Under the pieces are notes generated by a model that saw only the letters and a list, made by a program, of their open reading frames with translations, made no database searches and was not told the origin of the DNA. The position numbers and the translations under genes are program-made. A stretch of DNA of 64,000 nt from positions 1,274,453 through 1,338,452 of the forward strand of contig ML978122.1 in assembly GCA_010015805.1 (NCBI GenBank), read 5' to 3'. Shown here in pieces: positions 1-12,227 of this stretch. Position 1 is the stretch's first letter. The number at the start of each line of letters is the position of its first letter. Origin of the DNA: Rhizodiscina lignyota (lineage: Eukaryota).

Positions 1-531
1 AGGGGTACCCCATACTGAGGAAAGCGTCCTCCACAGAGAGGTAATCAGTCCTGTGCATGACCAGAAAGTTCGATGAACTATATTTACTATATCTGTCAGG
101 TGCTCTGATGGTGTAGAGTCATAACAATCAATGGCGTGCTCTTACTGTTAGGCAAACAGTGGCGCTTCCCGCACACAACAAGTGGCGTTGCTGCCAAGTT
201 TCATGGGTCGTTGTTACAGAGCTCCAGGCAAGCAACACCAAGTTTTACGAAACACAACACTCCCGCTTATATACCCTTCTCCAACCTTTTCTGCACTTCT
301 GCAACCATTCACCTGCCGTTCTGCACCCGCTACAGCTTTGAGAACACGTTTTCGTCGCGACACACCGAGCCTCCGCCAACTCCGCGCGCTTTACTGTGAC
401 GAGGCAACAGGTACAGCCACATCGGGCTCTCTGTTGCTACACTAGCCATTTACAAAGTTTGAGGAGGAGCAGGCAAGCTGGGGAAGAGAAAGCTTTCAGG
501 AGCGGATCTAAATGGTCCATCGAAGAAAGCC

Positions 532-3500
532 ATGACCGTGAGTGAAGATTCCCTTTGTGACAACGTACCGTCACTGTATGTCACGTCATGAACGCTGCCC
601 ACTGAGCTCCGTGGCAAGCTATAAAGCGCTTACCGCCCTCCAACGACCACCATCATTCTTGCAACTTGTACTAAGATACTACGTTTTGCGTTTAGGATCA
701 GAAAATGCAAATCGACGACCCTGCTGCAGCTGCGGCGCAGCTAAAAAATGGCAATGCTGAGATCGACGAGGGCCTCTATAGCCGACAGCTCTATGTCCTT
801 GGACATGAGGCCATGAAGCGTATGGGCTCTTCGAATATCCTCGTTGTCGGCCTTCGCGGCCTAGGTGTCGAAATCGCAAAGAACATCGCCCTGGCTGGGG
901 TCAAGTCCCTCACCCTCTTCGACCCCACGCCTGCAGCGATTTCGGACCTTTCTTCACAGTTCTTCCTACACCCTGAAGATGTTGGTAAACCTCGAGCTAG
1001 CGTCACTGTACCTCGAGTATCCGAACTGAACCCATACACGCCCGTTATCGAGTATGCCGCTACCGACCTGTTGACCGACCTCTCTCACCTCAAGCAATTC
1101 CAAGTAGTCGTTCTTACAGACACCCCGCTCAAGACGCAAGTGGCTATCGCGGACTACTGTCACAATAACGGCATATACGTTGTAATCGCGGATACATTTG
1201 GTCTGTTTGGCTGCATCTTCACGGATTTCGGGAAGAACTTCACTGTCGGCGATCCGACTGGGGAGAACCCCAATACTGGTATCGTTGCAGGCATAGACAC
1301 AGATGGCCTGGTATCTGCGCTTGATGAGACACGCCACGGGCTGGAGGATGGTGATTATGTCACTTTCTCCGAAGTTGAGGGCATGGAGGCTCTCAACGAT
1401 GGCACGCCCCGCAAGATCACGGTCAAGGGACCGTATACTTTCAGCATCGGTGATGTGTCTGGGCTCGGCACATATAAGCGTGGTGGTCTGTACACGCAGG
1501 TTAAGATGCCGAAGATCCTCGACTTCGAGCCTCTTAGCCAGCAGCTTAAGAATCCGACAACCCTGGTGTCCGATTTTGCCAAATTCGATCGACCGCAACA
1601 GTTGCATGTTGGTTTCCAGGCCCTGCACATTTTTGCTGAGCAAATTGGTGCCTTCCCGCGACCGCACAATGACGAAGATGCCGCTGCAGTATTTAAGATT
1701 GCACAAGGCTTAGCAGGCGAGGGCGACGAGAAGGTCGAGCTTGACGAGAAGGTTATTCGCGAACTCAGCTATCAAGCTCGTGGCGATTTGAGTCCGATGG
1801 CTGCATTCTTCGGTGGCTTGGCAGCGCAAGAGGTGTTGAAGTCCGTTTCTGGAAAGTTCCACCCAATCGTACAGTGGCTCTACTTTGACTCCCTTGAGTC
1901 GTTGCCTACATCGATAAGCCGAACAGAAGCGCTTTGTCAGCCACTGAATACGCGATACGACGGCCAAATCGTAGTCTTTGGCAAGGAGTACCAGGACAAG
2001 CTGGGCAACATGTCCGAATTCCTTGTTGGTGCAGGAGCTATCGGCTGTGAGATGCTGAAGAACTGGGCGATGATGGGCCTGGGCGCCGGACCGAAGGGTC
2101 GCATCATTGTGACTGATATGGATCAAATCGAGAAGAGTAACCTGAACCGTCAATTCTTGTTCCGACCCGCGGATGTGGGAAAGCTTAAGAGCGATTGCGC
2201 TGCGCACGCCGTACAAGCGATGAACCCTGACCTGAAGGGCAAGATTGAGTCGCTTAGAGATCGCGTTGGTCAGGATACGGAGCACATCTTCAATGAAGAC
2301 TTCTGGACAGGCTTGGATGCAGTCACCAACGCCCTTGACAACGTTGATGCTCGAACCTATGTCGATCGTCGCTGCGTCTTCTTCCGCAAGCCTCTCCTTG
2401 ACAGCGGCACACTTGGTACCAAGGGAAATACCCAAGTTGTCTTGCCCGGTATCACAGAGTCTTACTCCAGCTCTCAAGACCCCCCTGAGCAGTCTTTCCC
2501 AATGTGCACCTTGCGAAGCTTTCCGAATCGCATTGAGCACACAATTGCCTGGGCCAAAGATCTTTTCCATACCTACTTTGTCGGCCCCGCCGAGACTGTG
2601 AACCTTTATCTCACGCAGCCAAATTACCTAGCCAATGCCTTGAAGCAATCCGGTAACGAGAAGCAAACGCTGGAGATTCTGCGCGACTACTTGGTGACAG
2701 AGAAACCACTTACTTTCGACGATTGCATAGCTTGGGCGCGCTATCAATTTGAGAAGCAGTATAGCAACACGATCCTGCAGCTTCTCTACAACTTCCCTAA
2801 GGACTCAACAACGTCTAGCGGCCAGCCTTTCTGGTCGGGTCCGAAGCGTGCACCTGATGCATTAAAATTCGACCCTTCTAACCCTACGCACTTCACCTTC
2901 GTTGAAGCTGGGGCCCGCTTGCATGCCTTCAACTACAACATCAACCCGAATGGTGTCAATCGCGATCATTACATCAAAGTACTGAACAACCTCATTATCC
3001 CGGATTTCAAGCCAGATCCAGGTGTCAAGATTCAGGCAAACGACAGCGACCCTGATCCGAATGCAAACGCGCCTATCTCGGATGAGGAAGAACTGCAAAA
3101 GATCGTCAGCATGCTTCCTGCGCCCAAGTCTCTGGCTGGCTTCAAACTTGAGCCAGTTGAGTTCGAGAAGGACGATGACACAAACTTCCACATCGACTTC
3201 ATTACCGCAGCTTCCAATCTGCGAGCCGACAACTACAAGATCGCGCAAGCAGACAGGCACAAGACCAAGTTCATTGCTGGCAAGATCATTCCGGCCATTG
3301 CCACGACCACTGCTCTCGTGACTGGCCTAGTCAATCTGGAGCTGTACAAGCTCGTTGACGGCAAAGACGACATCGAGCAGTACAAGAACGGCTTCGTCAA
3401 TCTTGCATTGCCGTTCTTTGGCTTCAGCGAACCGATTGCTAGCCCAAAGGGCAAGTACGTGGGGAAGAATGGCGAGGTGGTGATCGACAAGATTTGGGAT

Positions 3501-3848
3501 CGTTTCGAAGTGGAGAATACGACTCTACAGCAGTTCTTGGACGATTTCCGAGACAGGGGCTTGGATGTAACGATGGTGAGCTCGGGTGTCAGCTTGCTCT
3601 ATGCGAGCTTCTATCCCCCAGCGAAGGTCAAGGACCGCTTGCCGCTGAAGTAAGCATTTAAAACTTGAACTGCTACTATTTGTGAATTAATGCTAACGAT
3701 GCAACACAGACTCAGTGACCTGGTGGCGACAATCAGCAAGAAGCCAGTTCCAGAGCATCAGAAGAACATCATCTTTGAGATTACTGCGGAGGACCAGACA
3801 GAGGAGGATGTTGAGGTTCCATACGTCATGGTCAAGCTGCAAAAGTAG
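532..3848 (+). CDS. UBA1: Ubiquitin-activating enzyme E1; exons 532-537, 696-3649, 3710-3848
   Basis: Motifs [28 protein letters not shown], catalytic [24 protein letters not shown] intron 3650-3709 restores the C-terminus ...[23 protein letters not shown] intron 538-695 joins ATG ACC in frame to DQKMQIDD. Confidence 0.97.
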
Positions 3849-4234
3849 ATACTCTCTCCATCGACATAGAATTCACTTGGTTTTGGCTGGCTGGTGGAAT
3901 GGCTACATAGATGATTGTGGATAACTTCGGCGCTTGGTACCCCGGTGTACAGCACTGTTCCCACTGTAGTCAATAGACCTTCAACAGGTAGAATGTCATA
4001 TGATTCTACACAAACTTGCAATCTGTATGCCTCGCGAGACTGCATCTTCTATTTGGGCTCTTAAACGCTCACGTGGTTTGTCTGAATTGTCCGCCACAGC
4101 ACCTTCTGTGTTTCACCAAACACATATTTCAAAACGTCATCCTGACGAGCCGTTATTCAATGTCGATGAAACTTGGGAGACGTTTTCCTGCATAAGACGT
4201 TACATTTTGACAGAGCACGCCGCACGCCGAAACC

Positions 4235-4969
4235 ATGTCCCATCATCATGGCCATTCCCACGAACACGATCATGGAGACGATCACGACCATGGGCAACCC
4301 TCCGAGCACACTTACGAGACAACGCCAGCCAACCTCTTGTATGAGCAATTAGACTTTCCTAAAGTTACGACTCTCAACGAAGATCAATCAGGATCCGGAG
4401 AGGCGATACTCAAGAAAACGTGGGCCGAGAGACTTGATCCCGAGCCTTTATTAGAGAGTGATGCCGACGAGCAAATCCTGATGACCGTCCCGTAAGTCAA
4501 TCTATGATTTTACGCAGTAATTGGTAAATTGACAATAATGTGCAGATTCACAGGACAGGTCCGTTTACAAAGCATCCTGCTCCGCTCATCAGACAGTCCG
4601 TCTGCGCCATCCACACTCAAAGTCTTCATCAACCGCGACGACCTTGACTTCTCCAGCGCAGAAGAGCTCTCCGCCACGCAAGAGTTTGAGCTCGCGCGCA
4701 CAAACGACATCCAAGAGTATCCAGTGAAGAGAGCGCTGTTCAACAACACGCGTAGTCTCAGTCTCTTCTTCACCGAGAACTTCGGCCAAGGCGAAGAAGA
4801 TGTCACGCACTTGTACTATGTCGCGTTCAAAGGCGAGTTCATGAAGCTCAGCAAGGAGCCTGTGAGCTTCCTCTACGAGGCTGCTGCGAACCCGGCAGAT
4901 CACAAGCCCATTGTGAGTGCTTCGAAGGGCGTGGACAGTGGGCTTGGTGGTAGAGGGGATGGGATGTGA
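4235..4969 (+). CDS. PITH-domain (proteasome-interacting thioredoxin-like) protein, PITHD1-like; one intron ~4492-4545
   Basis: ESDADEQILMTVP|FTGQVRL, LKVFINR..LDF, YEAAANPADH; His-rich N-terminus. Confidence 0.9.
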
Positions 4970-5790
4970 GGAGGCAGTCTATGTCTATTTTAAGCGCTCC
5001 CACCGATCGTCGGACTCCCGGTGGAACTCAATGCAACTGGTATCTGGGAATAACAATGAAGCATACTTCTTTCACCATGTTCAGGCCGGCAGCATCCTAT
5101 CTAGTTCAAGGATAGTGGTTCAAATAGGGTTAAAGATGATAAATCAGGGGCAGTATATACTGCCAAAACTAAGTCAAAAGTGGCTACTCGTGCCATGTCT
5201 CTAATTGAGGTGATTCCCGCTCTGAGTTACTAGTAACCCTGGAATATTCCAAGAAGAAGACGTAAAGATGGATCATGGGTCACCAGAATTTGAAAATAAT
5301 CATTTTCAGATTCACTCTTATGGACTGTTCTGTATTTAAGCCCTGTTAGCGAGTCAGGGGCCCCTCGACATTATAAAGGATGACTCTCGCGGGACAGTCA
5401 ACCTACAAAATTTTGTCAAAACCTTCCAACGAAGTAACTACTCCATAACTCCATGTGGATCTGGCAAACTCGGATTACTCACCACTCTATCCGAGCCTCA
5501 GGGCACGCTTGCTTGACTTCTACTAGCCTGTCAGCGGCAATTTCGCAAGGCCGATTCCGTGAAAGACGGTCAATCCTGACAATTGCGGGTCGCAACTCGC
5601 GCCTCGCGCCTCTCGAGCGAGCTAGAAAAACAACACGTAAGACTGGGATGGTGAGACACATCAAGTTGAAGGTTATATAGCGCAATGTATCATGGGAAAG
5701 TATAGCTTCTTTTCAAACCGTCTTTCTCTTGTCGCCTGAAAGAACGTCTAATTCCTTCCATATTTGTCTCTCGTCTCTATCTATCTGGCC

Positions 5791-7284
5791 ATGGCCCCCA
5801 CTCATTCGCCTCTCAACATAATCATTGTTGGCGCTGGTATCGCTGGATTGACTGCGGCAATTGGTCTACGAAAAGATGGACATCGTGTTAGGGTTATCGA
5901 GCGGTCTGCCTTGAAGTCTGAAGTGGGTGCTGCACTCACAATTTCGCCCAATGCATGCCGAGTCCTCCTTTCTCTCGGCCTGGACCTCAAAAAGATGCGC
6001 ACTGTCCCGGCCAGTGGTTCTAAACTAGTTCACGCAGACCAAGAAAACTTACAATTGGGCGGTTTCAGGGTCAACTTAGGCGACGCCACGGAGAAGTACG
6101 GCGCGCCTTTCGTCTTCTCACATCGAGTTGACCTGCATGACGCTTTAAAGTCGAAAGCTTTGGCATCTGATGGTGAAGGGACGCCGGTGGAATTGGTACC
6201 GGGGGCCAGTGTTGTCTCATATGATCCAGAGATGGGTTCGGTGACGACAGAAGACGGCACTGTCTACACTGCTGACCTCATTGTTGCCGCTGATGGCCTT
6301 CGGAGCAAAGCTCACGAGTTAGTTGAATTTGTCCTCTTTACGATCAATATCATTACTGAAATCCACAATGCAGGTACATCCTAGGGCATAAATTCCCAGC
6401 AAGACCGTCCAAAACAACTGTCATGCGCTTCACGCTGCCCACAGATGCGATTCTTGCCGATCCCTCGACAGCTCCTTTGATGGAAGGTGGACAGGACGTT
6501 CTTCGCGCTTACGTGATTTCTGATGTTAATCGATATCTGCTTCAATATCCTTGCCGAGAGTGAGTGCTTTCAATCTAATTCTCGTGTAGAGCTCATTATC
6601 CCATACTCAAGTTCAATTATTATTTTTCATGCTAACTGATAGGCCAGTAATCTACTCCAGAATTTTGTAGCATACGATATGAATGACACTGATAACCCAG
6701 ATACCGACAATTGGAGCCTCAAGACCAATCGCGAATACCTGATTCGGCGCATGCGAGGCTTCCATCCTGCGATTTTGGCTCTTTGCGAAAGATCGGACGA
6801 GGTAATGCCGCTTTGGAGATGTATCGATCGCGACCCACTCCCGAAACTTCAAAGAGGCCGACTCGTTGTGATCGGAGATGCTGCTCATCCAATGTATCCA
6901 CACCAAGGACAAGGCGCAGCATTCTCCATCGAGGACGGAGGTATCTTGGGGTATCTCTTTAGCCCAGCATGTCCTGTAAAAGACATATCCCACTGCCTTC
7001 AACTGTTCGAGAAGATACGTCTTGACCGTGTGTCTCGAATGCAGGTGTGGTCGCGCCTTCCAGCAGTCTTACAGACGACCGAGACTCTCATAGAGGAATG
7101 GGCGGAGCATTTCCCAGGCGATGAACTTCCAAGTACGTCGTGCAAGTTGTTCTTCCGTATCTTACATTTAGTACCTGCTAACACAGTACTGTATTTAGAA
7201 AATCGTATGGATTTGGTCCCGTCGATATACCGGTATGACTGCGTTAAGGCGGCGGCCAAAATCGTGGATGAAGAGTTAAAATGA
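5791..7284 (+). CDS. FAD-dependent monooxygenase (salicylate hydroxylase-like), 4 exons
   Basis: IIIVGAGIAGL, DLIVAADG, IGDAAHPMYPHQGQGAAFSIEDG; three GT-AG introns join the ORF pieces in frame. Confidence 0.9.
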
Positions 7285-7479
7285 AACCTGGCGCAAGCAA
7301 GCATTTAGAAGGGCATTCTATCGTTGATTACTTTATAGATAAATTTGGTAAGGTAACGATTGGCGTCAGCTGCGCCGTCGACTATTGCTCGAGGTTTCCC
7401 TTGCCATCTGCAAACGGAAAGCAACGGGTTGAGACGTAGCGGCATATATTTCTGATTTGGATACAATAATAAGAATCTA

Positions 7480-7560
7480 TGCCAAATTTTTAGCCTACTT
7501 CTTTCTAGGATGAGATTACATTTTACGTGGGAAAATGCTCAGCCAATCAGATGAGCTCCC
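7480..7560 (+). promoter_or_regulatory. Possible RRPE-like (AAATTTTT) and PAC-like (GATGAG) ribosome-biogenesis motifs upstream of NOP4
   Basis: AAATTTTT ~7484; GATGAG ~7509 and ~7550; short motifs that could occur by chance. Confidence 0.3.
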
Positions 7561-7645
7561 GCTTCTTCGGCTTGGCGTATCCTAAGGTCCGCATTCAAAA
7601 AATCTCCCAAAAAAATCTATCAACTTCAAAATAAGTTTTTCAGCA

Positions 7646-9895
7646 ATGGCAGAGCATACACGATCAAACAAACGCAGGCGAATGTCAGAAGGGGCGACAG
7701 ATACATCTGATGTGCCCAAAGACACAATCAATGCCCTCGACAAAAATGTAAAACCCGCAGAGAACCCATCCGAAGAATTGGATCAACCTTCAGAACAACG
7801 TCGCTCTGTCTTTGTCCGATCCTTGCCACAGGAAACAACAAATGAAGCCTTAGCAGAGCATTTCTCTCAATCTTATCCTATCAAACACGCTTTCGCTGTC
7901 CTCGACCGTCCGACGAAGAAATGCAAAGGATACGGTTTCGTTACTTTCACAGAAGCCGAAGACGCACAGCAAGCCTGTCGAGAGTTCGATCGATCCGAAT
8001 TCTTGGGGAAGACAATCAGAGTTGAACTTGCACAACCACGTCACCGCGATGAGGAAGCGGGTAAAACGGGCGATCCGGATCACACCGCAGCGAGATCATC
8101 GGGTGAGCACAAGGGGAGAGAAGAACAGCAGCCACCTCGACTTATTGTGCGAAATCTACCGTGGAGTATCAAGGAGCCTGAGCAGCTGGTGAATCTCTTC
8201 CGAAGCTATGGGAAGATAAAGCATGCCGCAGTGCCGAAGAAGCGGTCAGGCGAGATGATTGGCTTTGGCATAGTGTTGATACGTGGGCGAAAGAATGCGG
8301 AAAAAGCGATCGCGGGTATAAATGGCAAAGAAGTTGATGGCAGGACACTAGCTGTCGATTGGGCCGTGGATAGGGATACCTGGGAGAAGACAAAGGGGGC
8401 AGAAGTCGCCGACGAGGACGAGCCGGCGGAGCAAGAAGCAGCTAAAGATGGACTCGAGCAAGACGAGGCTATGTCGGATGCGGAAGAGGAGCTGATGGAT
8501 GTAGATGACTTGGAGAATGTTTCTGCAGACGGTGCGGTTTCCGCCGACGAGGACGCCGACCTGGAAGAGGCGGACGATGCTCTCAGCGAAGAGGAGGATG
8601 ACCAGGAAGACACAGGTGATGGCACCACCCTCTTCATACGCAATCTACCATTCGTATGCACGGATGAAGACCTGTATGACCACTTTCGACAATTTGGCCC
8701 ATTACGATATGCTAGGGTTGTTTTGGATCCTAATACTGAACGCTCTCGTGGCACTGGATTCGTGTGCTTTTTCAACAAAGAGGATTGCGAAACATGCTTG
8801 AAAGGTGCTCCAAGGGGTCTGGCAGTTCCGGCACACAAGCAAACCGAAGCACAAGCGAAGTCTACTTCTGTACTGCAAGATGAGAACCTCGACCCATCCG
8901 GCCGATATACTCTCGAAGGCAGAGTTTTACAAATTACCCAAGCTGTCGGCAAATCAGAAGCTAGCCGCCTTACAGAAGAGGGATCTCAGCGCCGCAATGC
9001 TCGCGATAATGACAAGCGACGGCTTTTCTTGCTCTCCGAAGGCACTATTCAACAGAGCTCGCCATTGTATCAGAAACTATCTCCATCAGAGATTGCGATG
9101 AGAGAAGCAAGTGTCAAGCAACGCCGAACGTTAATTCAGAGCAATCCATCCCTTCATCTCAGCTTTACGCGTTTATCTATCCGCAATATCCCACGCAGTA
9201 TCACTTCGAAAGATCTGAAGGCGCTCGCTCGAGATGCGGTAGTAGGGTTCGCAAAAGATGTCAAAGCGGGTGTGCGACAGCCATTGTCGAAAGAGGAACT
9301 CTACCGTGATTTCGAGAAGATGAAGGAAGCCGACAAGGATAGACGTGTCAAGTCGAAGGGCATCGTTAAGCAAGCTAAAGTTGTGTTCGAAGGCCGCGAG
9401 GGCACTAAGGTTAAGGAAGTCGATGGAGCAGGGAGATCACGTGGCTATGGATTTATCGAATATTACACACACAGATCGGCACTGATGGGGCTCAGGTGGT
9501 TGAACGGGCATGCGGTTGGGAAGAACGGGGCGAAGAGATCTGCAAGCATCACCCCTGATGAAGCGCAAGACCGGAAAAAGAGATTGATTGTTGAATTTGC
9601 CATCGAAAATGCTCAAGTCGTCGGGCGCAGGAAAGAAAAGGAGGCCAAAGCGCAGGGTAATGGCAGCGAAGTCGGCAACCGTGAAAAGAAGGATAACAGA
9701 GTTCCGATAAAAAAGCAACGATCTGGCAAGCGGAAGCGAAGTGGGAAGGACGATACTTCGGTAGATGAGCAACAGTCTTCGTCCCACAAGGACACAGCTT
9801 CCGAGACTAAGGACGACAAATTGGCAAAGAGAAACAGGATCATCGCGAAGAAGAGAGCCATGCGACGTACGCGGAGGAAACCAAATGGAGCTTGA
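7646..9895 (+). CDS. NOP4: Nucleolar RRM protein Nop4/RBM28 (60S biogenesis)
   Basis: Four RRMs (KGYGFVTF, RLIVRNLPW, TLFIRNLPF/RGTGFVCF, SRGYGFIEY), acidic linker, RLIVEFAIENA, basic tail; intronless. Confidence 0.93.
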   Translation: MAEHTRSNKRRRMSEGATDTSDVPKDTINALDKNVKPAENPSEELDQPSEQRRSVFVRSLPQETTNEALAEHFSQSYPIKHAFAVLDRPTKKCKGYGFVTFTEAEDAQQACREFDRSEFLGKTIRVELAQPRHRDEEAGKTGDPDHTAARSSGEHKGREEQQPPRLIVRNLPWSIKEPEQLVNLFRSYGKIKHAAVPKKRSGEMIGFGIVLIRGRKNAEKAIAGINGKEVDGRTLAVDWAVDRDTWEKTKGAEVADEDEPAEQEAAKDGLEQDEAMSDAEEELMDVDDLENVSADGAVSADEDADLEEADDALSEEEDDQEDTGDGTTLFIRNLPFVCTDEDLYDHFRQFGPLRYARVVLDPNTERSRGTGFVCFFNKEDCETCLKGAPRGLAVPAHKQTEAQAKSTSVLQDENLDPSGRYTLEGRVLQITQAVGKSEASRLTEEGSQRRNARDNDKRRLFLLSEGTIQQSSPLYQKLSPSEIAMREASVKQRRTLIQSNPSLHLSFTRLSIRNIPRSITSKDLKALARDAVVGFAKDVKAGVRQPLSKEELYRDFEKMKEADKDRRVKSKGIVKQAKVVFEGREGTKVKEVDGAGRSRGYGFIEYYTHRSALMGLRWLNGHAVGKNGAKRSASITPDEAQDRKKRLIVEFAIENAQVVGRRKEKEAKAQGNGSEVGNREKKDNRVPIKKQRSGKRKRSGKDDTSVDEQQSSSHKDTASETKDDKLAKRNRIIAKKRAMRRTRRKPNGA

Positions 9896-10987
9896 TGCTT
9901 AGAGCTTTGTTGCAGACAGCATAGAGCGGTGCACTGCTGACCAGTGACAACATGTCAATGCAGAGAAACTTTCCTTTCTCTTCCATCTTGTTCCGTTGAT
10001 GCTGTTGTGTAACAGTTGGTTGTGATTGTGGTTTGCTTGGAATCTTCAGCCCGCTACCCGCGCAGTAGCCTCTAACAGTGGCGTGCAGGAAATCTGCGGA
10101 GTTGCAGCACCCGAGAGCGCGTGCTTCGCTCAAAGTCTTCCGTGAAAGGCCCGGGCCGCAGCCACCTTCTGCAATGGAGATGATTCCGTTCTTCAAGGCT
10201 GCAGCATGATGCATGAGTCAAGCTATTCATATTCGAATATCTCCACTGGCACTGGCAGCACTCGCAGCACCACGCTAGCTCTGTGAACTCAAATGTGATA
10301 TATCATATCGGCCAGGATTTTCGAATGAGCAGGATTGGAGAATCAAGTCTTCTACGTCCACATTGACTTCACAGTATGGACATTCCAACCAATCACGAAC
10401 AGGTCTCTTCGAGCTCTTCGTCGGCGCAAGACGCTATCAGCAGAAAACCGCTTCAGCACATCTTCACCAAAGCTCGTAGCGCAGCTGATGCCGCTCGAAA
10501 ATGTCAATTTGTCGTTCTTCCCTGCTAGTTTCATTCGTCGATAACTCCTCTAAACGAAGGTGACTAGTCGCCTTATCTCAAGCAGCAAACGTGCGCACTG
10601 ACGCCATGGCTATCTGCCGCCCTTGATGGGCCTAAGGCGAGTGAACTTCTTCACTGGTGCTATAAAGATACCGTGGCTGTTATGATTTCAATGCATTCTT
10701 TCACTAAGTTTCTCATATAAGCGCCCGCTCCATTCACTTTCCCTATTCACCTCAAAGTTTCACTAGATACAGTACACGCGTCAGTATCTGCAAGCTTGGG
10801 GTATATTCACTCCACAACACATGCTGTTCGACATATAAGTACGCGAGCTCCTTGCAAAATCCTTCGATGCAGATATACAAGCGAAAAATTCCACAACAGC
10901 AGCTCACTAGTCAGAGATTCGTACAACAAGCCCCAAATCAAAGACACGGCAGCCGCACCTGCGCTCACGACACAAACGATCGCCAGC

Positions 10988-11263
10988 ATGTGCCAATACG
11001 AAAAGATCATCTATCGCTGCACGCATTACGAGAAGCGCCTCATGAAGTATTGCCACTTTGCAAGAAACGATCCTCTGCATCAATGCATGGGCGCCTGGAA
11101 CTGGGGCCGAGAAGTCAAAATCGACAACGAAGACTGCCCGAACTGTCGCGGAGCTGGACCTGCGGCTCTGAAGCCGCACCGGATCTCTGCGAATAGCTCG
11201 AGTAGCCTTGATTCGATGGACTACGAGTCCACTGGCTCAACGAGTTGGAGCTCTTATCATTAA
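10988..11263 (+). CDS. Small Cys/His-rich hypothetical protein (91 aa; MC..CxH..C..C..CxxC)
   Basis: ATG 10988 after a C/A-rich leader; MCQYEKIIYRCTH...YCHF...QC...CPNC. Confidence 0.7.
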   Translation: MCQYEKIIYRCTHYEKRLMKYCHFARNDPLHQCMGAWNWGREVKIDNEDCPNCRGAGPAALKPHRISANSSSSLDSMDYESTGSTSWSSYH

Positions 11264-11681
11264 TCGAAGGGTGCGTGGAGTAGGCCTTGGAGTGGAGAAT
11301 ACCTGCGGTGGAATGCAGTTTTGAAGAATTTGAGGTTTTCGGTTTGCTATTTCGATAATCATGCATATGGTAATTTGCTTTCGTGCATAGCAGGATGGGC
11401 GTTATTGAGAGCATATTAATGGCGGGTATGTGGTAATCTCACGAATTGCCTTGCTTAAGTGTGAGGATTCGACCACCATAGTCAGGCTGAAGGGATCTTA
11501 TTTCCACTGTATCCTAATAGGCAACTGGATCCATTGCTGCAATTCATCAAATGGTGGTTTCCGGTGTGCTTTGATTTCTCTCGGAAATGGGACAGCCTGG
11601 GCAGCGGCCGTGAATACACTAGCAATACGACGGCAACGAAGAGATCATTCCCAAGGAAGAAAATATTGTCTGATGAGGCAT

Positions 11682-12227
11682 CTACAAATTTGAAGCGCCC
11701 TGTACTTGTCCAACAACGTTGTAGCGCTTGCTGAAGAACGTCATCCAGTCATCCAATACCTTCTTGTCCTTGTCTTCAAGGTCTTCCCATTCCGGCCGGC
11801 AGTCCTCAGGTTTCAGTGACGAGAGCGCCAGAGCACGAGATGCGTCCTTTCCCGTGAAGACTGTATTTCCCAGTTAGACGGTCTTTTGAGCCTCTTTGAT
11901 TAACCACTCGTACCGTGATAGCTGCCCTTCGGGCTATATGCGGTGTTTCCGGTGACGTCGAAGACTTTGCCCTTCACTAGAATCAGCATCGGCATTCTTT
12001 CCAGGGACCCAAAACCCAATATCGCGAACCTTTATTGCCACATATGTTGGGTATCCTTCGTGCAAGCCTGTCCGGAATGTATTAGCAAGATGCCGCCTCA
12101 CTCAGGGCGGCGGAGGATGCTCGCCATCGCATTTAGCAAGGTGCTCTAGCGATATGGGATCGTCTTTTGGTGGATCCAAGGTCACAGGAGTCTTGGGCTC
12201 GAACTTTTTCTTCGGTTCTTCTGCCAT
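11682..12227 (-). CDS. Cytochrome b5-like heme/steroid-binding (MAPR-family) protein, 4 exons; absent from the ORF track
   Basis: Manual splicing gives MAEEPKKKFEPKTPVTLDPPKDDPISLEHLAKCDG LHEGYPTYVAIK GKVFDVTGNTAYSPKGSYH VFTGKDASRALALSSLKPEDC...FSKRYNVVGQV. Confidence 0.9.

Noticed and set aside
136..445. Three overlapping short ORFs upstream of UBA1
   Set aside because: Mostly GTG-called starts and no splice path found into the UBA1 frame; at most uORFs
5224..5238. Palindrome GTTACTAGTAAC upstream of the monooxygenase
   Set aside because: A single 12-bp palindrome is expected by chance in 64 kb
9960..10620. Short ORFs downstream of NOP4, possible pseudogene
   Set aside because: No consistent frame or recognisable domain
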